Shown: piece by piece, positions 38,130-49,786 of the stretch | Layout of the letters: each line of letters starts with the position of its first letter | How positions within the stretch are numbered: position 1 is the first letter of the stretch | Origin: Psammoneis japonica | Lineage: Eukaryota | Direction: 5' to 3' | DNA length: 64,000 nt | NCBI GenBank assembly: GCA_008632985.1 | Contig: QPGO01000167.1 | Coordinates: 1-64,000 of the forward strand | The notes under the pieces: model-generated | Told to the model about the DNA's origin: nothing | Seen by the model: only the letters and a program-made list of their open reading frames with translations | Database searches by the model: none | Made by a program: the position numbers and the translations under genes

Positions 38130-41100
38130 CTCCCCAGTTTGCTTGAGGAGTCACAGAAACAGATTTGACTTCGGATGAAATGAAGTTCCAGAACATGAGG
38201 GGGCGGAGAAGGTCCCAGATTTGGGAGCAACCCCAATGCTTGCTGAGGATGTCAGCAGGGTTGCGGGAGCCTTTGATGAAGTGGAGCTCAAGGCAACCAG
38301 AGGCAATTGCCTCACGCACACGGTGGAACGACAGTGCGGTGTGTCGCTTGTGTAACTTGGAGTGCGGGATGGTGGCACTGTCTACAACCGACTTGTTGTC
38401 ACCGAACATGTAACTGACATTACGGATCGGGACGCCAAGGTGGTGCAGGGTGATGCGCAGGTCAACAATCTGCTCGACACAAGTCCTTGCGGCAACAAAT
38501 TCAGACCCACAGGTTGCAGTCTCCACGGTGGCTTGCTTCTTAGAGAACCAATCAGCCGGGAATTTGTTGAGGAAGTGGAGCATTCCCATGACAGAGCGTC
38601 CGGTGAGCATGCAATGGCACAAGTTTGCATCGATGCAGTGGGTGGCAGTGACGAACTTGCCAAGGGGCGGTGGAGCGTCCTTCGGGATCATCTCTTCTGC
38701 TTCGCCGTACACGGAATGCATCCATTCACAGGCCGGAGCAGGGAGATCCGAGTGGTCGGGCTCTTCCGTGCGAACGCGGAGAGCACCGTGTCGCATCTTG
38801 GAGAGGTGCCCACAGACGCGTTTGGCATGATCCAAGTGGCCTTGACGGGGCGCAGCTCGGAAGCTAGAGAGTGACATGACGGCCGTGGCAATGTCAATTC
38901 GACCAAGGGACACTGCCCATTGGAGTGAACCAACAAGAGACTGGAACTTGTGAATGCCATCGGGTCCCAGCAGTTCGGAAGTGTCCAGTTCGGGGTGGTC
39001 ACCCTTCTCCAGAGGTGACAGGGCGTTGGTGGTGGGTTTCTCCCCAAACAGTCGGGCGCAGCTGTCAACCATGCGCTCGATGTACTTGCGCGGAGACAGG
39101 CACAAGGTTCCGTCGGGATCCCGGGAAAAGTCGCAACCCAGATGGAACTCAATGGGTCCCGCACCCTTGAGCTTGAACTTGTGCTTTTCCGTGAGAGCAT
39201 CGACGAAAGATTGAGGGTCCTTCATGGCAATGGCGAGGTCATCCACATAAACGGCAATGCATTCATGGTGGTCGCCGTTCCTGCGCATCCAAATGTCGGG
39301 TTAGGCGCGGCAGGGGAAGAAGCCTTCAGCTCGCAGGCAGTCGGCGAAGCGCTCATGCCAGCGGAGACCGGAGCTGTGCAGTCCGCACAGGGCCTTGTGG
39401 ATGACAAGGATGTGTCCTTCGAGTTTGCCAAATTCGGGTCCGACTGCAATGTAAAGCTTCTCCTTGGTGGTGGCTTCAAGGCAGGCATTGCCAATGTCGG
39501 TGGCCCATGTCTCCAACTCGTTGAGTTCGGCCAGGAAAATCATCAGCCGAAGGCCACGGAGGGAGACCACTCCGGAGCAGACACTGTCGATGGGTACGTC
39601 CGTGAGGTGCCCGTCGGCTACGAGTCGTGCCTTGTGGCGACCGTCGTGTTTCACGTCGCACACCAGGTGCACTCGGATCTTCTTGTGTCCCGCAGGAGGA
39701 GTGGAAGACTCGAAGGGCCCGCAGTCATGGAAGACTTCATGTTCGTCGAGTTGGTCCATCTCGAGATTAGTTGCGTCTCCCCATTTGCGGTTGCCGTTGC
39801 ATTTGTCTGGTGACATGGCATGCTTGCAGTTCCGGGGAACTTCGCACCCGCATTTGCAGCGAGGTGCAGTGTGGAAGGAGCGAAGCTTGGCTTGGTTGGC
39901 CATGCGAAATGGCTTCTTTTGGCGCCTCGCGATGGTGCGGAACCGCTTCCAGCCATCCGTGTTGAGGAGTCCGTTCTCTCATGCATAGATGGCGCAGGTG
40001 ACGGGGTCGTCCTTGGCGATGATGGCAAGAGGCTCGGACGTGATCTCCCCACTTTCCCATTCAAGCATGATGTTGTAGCTTGAGCCTTTCCAGGTTGGGT
40101 CGTGAGGCTTCAGAGGTCCTTCGTGTGACACGATGCGTCGAAATTTCCAAATGGTGGTGTCTTCGTCTTCTTGCTCAATGTGATTCATGATGTCATTGCA
40201 GGCAAGGACTTCCTCGCATTCGTCGTTGTTGACAGAGCAGACGAACTTGGTGAGCTCGGGATTGCCGTTCACTTTCCATTTGTGGTCTTCGACGGCCTTG
40301 ACGATGCGAGCTCTGTGGCGTTGTCCGTCCTCTTGTGGCTGCATGAGGAAGGTGCGTCCAATGATGTCTTGTGGATCGAAAACTGGCATCTTGGGTGTCC
40401 TGATCTCCCCATCAGGAGAATCGACGGGGTTGTCATCATGGCGAGATTTGATGTTGGGTTCAGGCAGGAAGGTGCGTCCAATGATGTCTTGCGGATCAAA
40501 AACTGGCATCTTGGGTGTCCTGATCTCCCCATCAGGAGAATCGACGGGGTTGTCGTCATGGCGAGATTTGATGATGGGTTCAGGTGGCTCCCCATCAGGA
40601 GGATCAAGACGTGGGTTTCGAACGGCAGGATCGGTGGTGGCGGAGCGGACGTTGGACCGGCAGAGGATCTTCTGGGTCTCGTCAGAGAGAATCTTGAAGG
40701 TCATCTGGTGGCCGACGTGCTCAGCAATGCCAACGAAGCGTCCACGCAACTCACGGGATTCGGACGGCCAATCGGAGTCATCGAGGTGGAAGTGCATGGG
40801 TTCCCACCAGTGAAAGCGAAGCAATGGGCTGATGTCCGGGGTGGAGCCAGTGAGAGTCTCGAGGGGCGTGCGCCAGTGGAGACGTGGGGACGCTGCATGG
40901 TTGAGTGTGAAGCACACACACATGAGCGCCAGCAGCCATGTGTGGGCGGGCGAACCAAAACGATCCATGACAGTGTTCGCCATGCGCTTCACGGTCTGGC
41001 ATCGACGCTTGGCACAGTTTTGGTGTTGCTGGTGAGGCTCACTTTGCCAGCTGGAGATGAAGAGGGCCCGCAGGATCCCGAGCACTTTGTTGCTGATCTC

Positions 41101-43866
41101 AACTTGAGCACGGTCGCCAATGAGTTTGGATGGGGTGCCACGCTCACGGATCTGATCCTCGAGTGTGTTGACAAACTCTTTGTCCGTCTTGGTGCTGCAG
41201 ACGTCAGCGACGGTAGACTCGGTGCCAACAAACAGTTGGGCACTGGTGCAACCAGAGTCGACGGCCGGGGTGTCGGCACAAACGGTGTCAGTGGCGACAG
41301 GCTCGTTGCGGCGGTGCACATTAAGGGTGGGGTTGGGTGATTTGCAGGCCTTCCTAAGGTGTGCACCGGCGGGCATGCGGGCGCACTGCATGGTGCAGTC
41401 AAAAGTGCGACGGACCACATCGGCAGGCAGGAAGCCAAAGTGAGGCCGAAGAGACTCGAAGGGCGGGTCCTTGGGCTGTACAGTGCACTCCGGGGGTGGG
41501 ACGTCATCGTCCTTGGGGTCAATTGCGTGTAGATGACACTCGCAGAACACGTTGTCGTCCGGAATGAGGTGATCATTGAGGGCGGACGCGTGATCGGCAG
41601 ACAAGGAAGCAGACATGATGGTCTCGTTGACAATGACACGATGACGGCAGTTGCCGCATTCGTCAAACAGGTTGGCAGTGGGATCGTCCTGCAGGTCAGA
41701 GATCGCGTCGCACCACTGGTCGTCGTCAGCGACAGAGTGATCGAGGATGGAAGGATCCCATGTGCCATCACCGGTGAGGATGACATGGGGCAGGGTGTCC
41801 CATTCGGCGTCAGTGCAAGGTCGCATGGCAACACAAGGCAGGCCGGCCTTGATGTCAATGGGGATGACACAGCCATCAGGAGTGGCAACACGTTGCAAGC
41901 CGTTGGGCACCTTGACAGAGCGATCGTTGACATCCTGTTTGTGCCATTCGAGCTGGCCGCAGGAATGGATGGTCTTGCCCTTTCCCGTGCATGCGCACTG
42001 ATGGAGGATGGCGATGACGGGACCACGCTGGGTCTCAATGACGGCACCAGCGGTGACAATGGGGATGTCCACCATTTGATGGTCGTCAATGCCCTGAACG
42101 TCAACTTGGCGAGAGGTGCGTGCAATGACGTGAACGTCGTCGCCAGCAATGCCACCGTTGGCCCCACGATCGACTGGAGTGCCAGTGCGTGTGGAGCGAT
42201 GAGCAGAGGCAGAGCAAATGACATTGTGGTTGTTGATGCGGCGGCAAGTGCGGCCGTTAAGTTCCATGTCATCGGCAGAAGCTGGCGGGGTAGAGGGGGC
42301 GACGGATGGCCCCGGTCGACTGGCATTGGGGGCTTGGTTAGGAGACAACAGATGGTGCAGATCACCGGGTGGCAGTGGCTTGCGCTTGGTGAGGTGCACC
42401 AGGATGGGATCATCCGAAGTGGCACCCACATTTGGAGCGGAGTCACCAGAGTCAGCAGGAGTCGTGTTGGACAAGTTGACATCACCGTCACTCCCAAGGC
42501 GTTGGTCGTGAAGGTTGGCCGTAACGGACTCATGGCAGTTGCTGTCTCGCGGGTTGCGGGGAGGCGGACGAGAATGCTCAAGGATGATCGCCTTGGAGGA
42601 ATGGGGCAATGAATCCCAAATCCGTTGGTGGTCGGGAGGGAGACGTTTCCATTGGTCACCGGCGAGGCTGGGACCACGGGTGTGGGCAGCATTGGCCTGA
42701 AGGACGTCAATGTCACTGTCAATGTCACAGAACACATCGTCGGACGGTTCCTCGGAGCAGACGTCGTGTGCGCACATGGCGCGGCGGGGAGCTCGAGGTG
42801 TTGTCTTGGGTTGAAACGCACTGTCGCATTGGGCTGCTGCGGAGAGGAGCAAGCCACAGCATTGATCGCATGTGAGGCTCTTGCCACTCTGCGTACGATG
42901 CTGATCAGCTTGGCTCTTGACAGCATGGAGTTCCTCGACAGGGTGCACGGCATTCTCGAGCATGACGCGCTTCTGTCCTTCAGAGAAGTGGTCACTGGCC
43001 GGGATGAGTGCCTCGCACTTGCGCAACTGGTCTTGCCAATGAAGGATGAACCCGTGGGTCGGACCTTTCCAAGTGCCATCACCAAGACGTGCGGTGGCAA
43101 GGTACGTCAGCAGGGTGGAGGACTCGACAGATGCGCGGGTGGAGGCGAGCGCGCACTCAGACAAGGCGCGGCAGATGGTCTGTGCATCAGAAGACCCCAC
43201 ATTTTCGCGGATGAGAGCCTTGCCCTTGTCGGTGAGAAGGATGCGTTCGAAGACGGCGAACACGCACTTTTGCTGTTCAGCAAAGAGCAGTTTGTCTTCG
43301 GGGCTGGTCGGTTTGTACGACGAGTCTAGAATGCACTCGACGTCTTGGGCACGGGCTTGTGCCACAAGTGAGGTGTGCCAAGTGTGCCACTGCTTGTCAG
43401 ATTTGAGAGCCGTGAAAGCGGTGGGATCACGCTTGATGCCTCGCTTGAAGTCCCGCACCGGGTCGCGTGCCTTGGTCGGGTTGGTGACATGCGGAGGTGC
43501 GAGGGGTGAGCTGCCAATGGACACAGAAGACATGCAGTCGGGGCTGAGGCGGCAGGCAAGGAACTCGTCATGCGTGAACAACGAGAAGTCATTGGCAACG
43601 TCAAGACCTTTGTGTGCTTTGACAATGTACAGACTGGCTAGAGCTGCTGACATGTTCTCACAACCACGGGGCAAAGGGATCACATTAGTGCCGTTGTCGC
43701 ACTCAAGCGAGTCGATTTGGGATGGTGTGAATGCGAATGGTTCTTGATGCGAGTCCGTGCCATCTTGTGCCAAAGCCAAACTGAGAGGGCTCCAAGCACC
43801 TTGGGCAAGCACGGTTCCAACAACATGCTCGAAACCATCGGTTTGTTGCTGACGAGTGAGAACCAT
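38077..43866 (-). pseudogene. gag-pol polyprotein, one frame with two premature stops (39979..39981, 39301..39303)
   Basis: Protease VDRGANGG; integrase TDTV..D, DRAQ, QSEPHQQHQN; RT HKARLVA, YVDDL; RNase H DANL, SEFVA, GDNKSV, NPADILSK. The three track ORFs share one frame. Confidence 0.93.
40346..40585. repeat. 120-bp in-frame tandem duplication in the IN-RT linker
   Basis: IKSRHDDNPVDSPDGEIRTPKMPVFDPQDIIGRTFL occurs twice. Confidence 0.92.
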
Positions 43867-44789
43867 GGTGGACAAAAGTGGTGTCAGGACAAGCAATTCT
43901 TGTTGGGAAGCGAAGGCAGACTTGAAGCTTGGGTGAGAGCAGACTTGACTTGAAACAGACTTGACTTGAAATCTTGAACTGTCTTGAAATCAGAAGTCGC
44001 CGGGCTTTGCTGTCCCGTTCGTTGTCAAGTGCCAAACTTCCCATCCGGTCCGCAGAATTGTGCCGGCACGTCCGAACCCGCAGCCAGCGGCGCTTTGGGT
44101 TGCTTGCGAGCAGAGCAGCGGGTTGTAAACCCCTGCAGGTGAGCTGACCAGAGGTGGACAAGACCCCCGAACCGTTCTTGTTTTATGTCGGTTGGATTTC
44201 CCGATCAGGCTGGCCAGTTGACGCAGGCGTTGGGCGCTGTGGACGAACGAACAAACGCGGGGAAAGCACCCTCGCCCCAACGTGGGCTGCAATCACGGCT
44301 GCTTGCTCTCACAGTCGTCCTCGTGGACCTGGCAGAACTGCAGAGCACCAGCAGTCCGGGGTAGATCAGGTGCAATGGACTCGGTGTGCTTGTAGAGTGG
44401 CAGCAAAACCGCAGTCCGAAGAGTGGGTGCAGGTTCTTGGCCGTGAAGACATGCACACATGCACATGTCTTCAGCGACGAAGATCCTTGAACATGTGGGG
44501 TTCTTGACCGTTGACCGATGAGCAGGTGCATCAAGGGATGAGGATCAAGGACAGACTTGGACATGACCGTTGAATGCATGTCTTCAGTGACCAAAGGCAG
44601 CACAATCAATCCAGATGTCCAGCGGCAAGGAGACTTGACGGTGACGTTAACTTCCTGCCGATGCCCTGGCATTGAATGTGCGCAGACTTGCCCGTGCATG
44701 TAGAACACATGCGGAGGTCCACGCAGAATTGAAGTGGCATCGTTGGTAAATCAACGACGACGATGGCGGTTGCTCAATGGGTTGACAAT

Positions 44790-44806
44790 GAGCAAGACTG
44801 TTAATC
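44790..44806 (-). promoter_or_regulatory. Putative primer-binding site
   Basis: GATTAACAGTC directly abuts the 5' LTR. Its complement GACTGTTAATC resembles a tRNA-Asn(GTT) anticodon arm. Confidence 0.6.
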
Positions 44807-45082
44807 TGACAGAAATTGAAGGCAAATGGCAAGAATTCAAACAACAACTCCTCACTGCTGTCTAAATGGCAGATGAGTCTCCGCTCAGAGACCGTTGCAG
44901 GAGCCGAAAGACGTGTGAGTCGGTACAATCGGGCTACTGTCATCATTCTTGTGAGCCTTGTGGCTCGAAAGCAAACTACATCGCGCGCGAACGCGCGGAA
45001 CTGAAGCACACAAAACTGTGCGCGGTAAACTAAACAGCGCGCGACATTTCGCGCGCACCTAAATCCTGTTCAAATCCTGTCA
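44807..45082 (-). repeat. 5' LTR
   Basis: 276 bp, colinear with the 3' LTR without indels. Confidence 0.95.
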
Positions 45083-46959
45083 CAGAGCATGACCTGGCAT
45101 GCTGGTGGTCCTGGCAACAGGAGCCAATCCTCAAAATGTCATTGCAGGGTGTTTTTGGTGCAAGCAACCAGTCAACCTGCCCTCTGTGCAGTTTCCACAG
45201 GTTCAAAAACAAAGAGAATGTCAGCAAGGTCATGACTGTGAAGGCCAAGATGATGATGAGTGTTGGCACACAGATGAGTGCACAGGAGGGAGGGGTGAGA
45301 CAGATGGGGAGGAGGAGGTTGACAATTTAGAGGCTGTCACCCCCATCCCAGTCAAATTACAACCTTCCTGACTTCCATGTTTCCAAGGAAGAAATTCTTG
45401 TTTGTTTGTTGGAGCTGGTGCAGTTGAACACTGCAAACAGCCAGTTGCCTTCTGACACACACAGATGGTGTGAAGTGGCAAGGCAAAGACTTGCAGATTC
45501 AGAATGAATTGTTGGAGACCAGGGGGGTGGCATTGGAAGGATGCTCCAAATGCTGCAAAACCTGATCACAGAGACAATGATCAATTGAAATGGCAAGTGC
45601 CTCTGTCTTTTTTTTAGTTGGCGTCATTCTGAGATTGTGGTGGCATCTTGACCTGCGGATCTCGACTTTTTCCAAGAACAACCGGACAACTGCGCACTGC
45701 ACAAACACAAATCGACAATTCGCAAAACATTGCAGACTGCAAAAGAAACACATGAATGCTCACAAACAAAATGCAGTCACTGCTGAAATGACAATTGTTG
45801 CTGGGTGTGAACTCTGCTTTGTGCCGCCACAAAAGGTGCCACTGTAGAGTCCGCCTTGACTGTCGTCAGGTGATGCACAACAGACCGATGCATTGCAATT
45901 GTGCTCTCCAGTGTGACCAAATTGGCCGCTTCTTCTTCTTCTCAATGAGACACTTGATGTTGCAAAAGAATGAGTGCAGATGTCATCTGTCCAGTCAATG
46001 GAACAGTCTGACGTGGCGGAACATGAAACTTTTCCAGTTGAGCTGCCATCTTCAAGAACAATTTCAACAGATCTCGAATCGCATTTTCTGGCACACTCTA
46101 AGAGGGTGCTGCCAACGGCCTCCCCACAGCAGATGAGGTCACCCTCCATTGGTTCTCCAGCCGGTGGATCTTCCAATTCATTCCACATTTTCGAAAAACA
46201 ATGAGGCAAGGCAAGTTTGTGAAGCTGTGTGCGATTCAAGCAGCTCATCTGCGGTGCTTGTCAAGCATGTGATGAACAACAATGCAAGAGGAGATGCGTC
46301 ACACGACTTGCCTCACCGCAGCTTTTTTCAAGCTCACAAGTGATCTGGTCGGATTGTTGCAAGCTGCAAAACAAGTCTCCCTGGTGTTCACCATGCTGCC
46401 GCAACAATTTGCAGTGACGCCACATCCAATTGGCTCATGTGTGTTGGCATCAAATGGACCAAGCAGGTGAACATGGCCTTTGTTCACTTGGGTGTGATGG
46501 CAAACATCTCCTGGAAAGGTCACCATGTTGCCAGCCACCTTTGCCACTTGCTCAAAATCTTTCTGGCTGGCTGATGCAGAACAGCCTCAGCTTCTTTGAC
46601 ACTGCCACGCACTTTTGGATGTGATGCATGCTGTTGTTGAATTGTGTCGACTTCTCTGTTTTCACAGCCACAATTGCATTAAAAAAACCTTTGCTTTTGT
46701 TGACTCAGGTTGACATGCTGTGCAGTGTGCAGTGCTGCACCCGACACAGCTTGCCATGTCATGCAAGAAACCCTCCCCAGATGTTGGGAGATGATCTTGT
46801 GCGGCGCAACTGGTGGGAAAATTCACTTGCCATGCAAAAGGCCAAAGCAGAAGACCACAACATGTGAGCAATGAAATGTGTGAAGCAACTGACATTTTCA
46901 ACATGCCTGTCCATTGCAGCGACTCTGTTGAGAGACAAGCGACCCCACAATGAAACCCT

Positions 46960-47615
46960 TGTTAAAGCAAATTGCACTGTGCAGTGCGTTTTGAATTCCT
47001 TGACAAGTTTTTCAATTGCCTCCAGAGACATTGCATCTTGATTGATCTCTTGAGAGATGTCAGGCTGTGAAAGAACCATGCAAGCACCACAAATGTGCCA
47101 TTGAGCACGTTGAGAAAACTTGCAGATTCTCTTGGTGGCAAGCACATTGGCGCAGACAATGACTCTCGCACCCCCTCTTCTTGTTCTTCTACCAACAAGG
47201 TTCCTTCCATGGTGGTCAAGACATTGGCACACACAGTTGCAGCCAAGACTGCATCTTCTTCTTGATTTACCAACAGCTCCTTCATGGCAGCTGCCACGGC
47301 ACCGAGTCGCAATGAACAAGGATTGTTCTTTTTGTTCTTGGAGGATTCAATCAAATCATCAAAAACTTGAGAAAAAAAACTGTCGGAAGAATCACCATCA
47401 TTGTGTGGATCCACCCACATGCTGTTTTTGTCACTGACAGCTTTGGTGACAACTTGTGTGCCGCACAATGGAGAGTCTTAATTTGGCACAATTGACAGAG
47501 TGTCAGTTTGTTTCTCAACAGCAAATGTGAAATGGTTTTGTTGGTCTTCATTTTTTTGTTGCGAGAGCACCAACAAGTGGCTGTCAGAAATGGTGGATGG
47601 CTGACTGACATGATC
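46960..47615 (-). pseudogene. Decayed duplicate of the RRP12 5' end and upstream region
   Basis: DDLIESSK.KKNNP.SLRLGAVAAAMKELLVN..EEDAVLAATV matches ~35230-35495. Upstream motifs match ~35555-35672. Confidence 0.9.
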
Positions 47616-49786
47616 ATCAAAATTTCAGTGCAAACCTGTGGGTCCAGAGGACATGTTGCGGCAGGCCCCACATTTGTCAGGTGGTTTGAAACAACAACAC
47701 AACATGAAACAGTGCACACTGTGCATCCTTTGGGGAGCATTGGCCACTGTCTCTCATTGAGTCTCCGATCTGCACCAAAAGTTCTTTTGTTGCTCATCAA
47801 AGAAGACAGAGGTGGGAAGGAATTCCCACAGAAAACAACAGCAAGATGACAAGTCAGTCGACCTCCCCCACCTCCTTCTCCTTGGGGCAGGAGTGTTGAA
47901 AGAGTTGCTTCAAAGCACTCAAGCAGCAAGAGCAGATGAAGCAGTTGCACCTTGTGAGACTGGTCGTGTCTTTCAACAACAAACCAAAGGGCAGCAAGCT
48001 GGGGACTGGGGACAAAAAAAAGCTGCAAACACCCAAATGAGACTGAACTTCATCTCACATCTGTCTTGGTGGTGTTTCTGGATGAGAACACTGCAAACAA
48101 CTTCATTGCAGATGTTCACAGCCATGTTGCCAGCCAAATCACCTGGTGCGGCTCTTTTCAACAAAAAAGACTGCTGTGCTTTGACAGATCCCTTTGGTCC
48201 AAAACATCTTGTCCTTGAAACCCACTGCAAGCACAGCGAACAAGACAGGGAGAGGCGCCACTCAACTCACCTGTTTGGGGTGTTGAGTTGCATTCCATTG
48301 ATGCCTCCTCTGTCATGTCATTCTGCACTTTCAATGACACTGTGTGCAAACATCAGAAAATTGAGGAGCGCAATGCATGTTTGCTCAATGCATGCCCAAG
48401 GGCGCACATGTTTTCCCAAAGGCAAAATGTCACGGCACTTCTTGCGAATGGTTGGACAAAGAAAAATTCAACCACAGGCTTGCTCTGAGGAGTGGAGATG
48501 GCCACCAGCAAGTCAACGGCACAGGCAAGGGGGGCAAGGTGAGAAGGCAAAGACACATCCCATGGTCTTGTTGTTTGTCAGCTGACTGGCATGACCCCAA
48601 CTCAGCTCAATGGTGCTGGCTTTCAAAAGATCGATGTCCGTCTCTGGCACACTGGTGTGAAAAATGTTGCTGAAGTCTGGCAGCCTGTTCCACCCAACCA
48701 CACAACACTGCACAGTGAGGGTGAGCTTTGCTGCTTCAATGTTGTTTTCTCTTCTGTGAAACACAGCAAGAAAGAAAATTGCTCTTTTGGACACATGGGA
48801 CAAATCAACAAAGTCAGCAGCCATGCATGAAGTCATGCAGTGTTTGCTGCACTGATGACTTTTTGAGCAAAAAGGAAAATGCCCCACATGCTTTTGTTCC
48901 ATGCTGTGCAGCACACAAGTTGCCCATGTGCTGGCATCATTTGTGCCACTTGTTGTTGTTTTGGCTGTGCATTTTCAGAGGCAGGTTGTGGGCACATTTT
49001 GCCTCTTCAACCTGATGGGGCAGCAGCACCCTGCTGCAACAACAACAGGCCCTCCCCAAGCTCTGCATTATTTCCTGTCACAACAAAGTGCCAAATGGGG
49101 TTGATGTGCATGACTGATGGATGGTGGCTGCAGCAGCATCAGGGTCGGGTCATGTGCGGCAACCTCCCACAACAAGGGAGGTCTGTGGGTGTGGTGGCAG
49201 TGCCCCGCATGCCAAAGAAAGAGATGTGGTGAGACACTGAACAGGCCTCAAGATTGACTTTTGGGGACCATCACATGGTGTTTTGAAAAAAAAAAAAAAT
49301 TGATTGGTGCAGCAGTGCCCAGTTGTTGGGGCTTGGCCCTCTGTCGTGCTTCACTGCTTGTGGTTGGCCGGCTGTGCATTCTGTGCCTGGCCAGCATGGC
49401 CCTGGCTTGCCAGAGAGCACTCTTAACCCTGGCATTGCTGGCTCCAGCATGCCACGCTGTTCAGAGCTTGAAACCTCCAGAGCACTGGAGTGTTGGCATT
49501 GTGCGAATGAGGTTGTGGGCAGCAATCCAATCTCTCTCTCTGAAAGGTTAAATGCAACCACTGAGATTGTGTCTAAAAGGTGCAACTAAAAAATGCCATT
49601 CCCAACATTCTGCTTGAAGCAGACAGTCAGTTGTGATCATTTTCTTCGCACCCTTCTGTGCAGTGTGTGACAAATCTGCGCATGCACAACTGCTAGATTC
49701 TCTACATAAGACTCTCCACATGTCACAATCATGGCAGTAGATGTCAGATTGTGTTACCGGTATCTAGAGCTCAACTACCCAGAGGT

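Larger units (their letters stand above)
37854..45082 (-). mobile_element. Full-length Ty1/copia LTR retrotransposon (CoDi-like), 7229 bp, TSD CAGAG
   Basis: Two 276-bp LTRs (TGACAG...CTGTCA). CAGAG at 37849..37853 and 45083..45087. Domain order gag-PR-IN-RT-RH. Confidence 0.97.
35720..49700. other. TpA-depleted block 4: old decayed repeats with a nested copia element and a gene fragment
   Basis: Same bias. The flanks have lost both TA and CG, whereas the copia interior has lost TA but keeps many CG. Confidence 0.9.

Noticed and set aside
40171..43329. Long alternative-frame and antisense ORFs (389, 703 and 359 aa) inside the copia element
   Set aside because: These are shadows of gag-pol, lengthened by stop-codon erasure.
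38077..43866. Alternative genetic code (TGY read as Tyr) in the element
   Set aside because: The same changes occur in non-coding LTRs, some Tyr codons remain, and neighbouring genes use the standard code.
1600..49700. Hundreds of 60-300 aa ORFs in the TA-depleted blocks
   Set aside because: Loss of TAA/TAG opens frames on both strands. The translations are Cys/His/Gln-rich, Tyr-free and lack motifs.
35720..49700. Classical fungal RIP, or simple CpG decay, as the explanation for the block composition
   Set aside because: RIP raises TpA, and CpG decay cannot remove it. Here TpA is lost.
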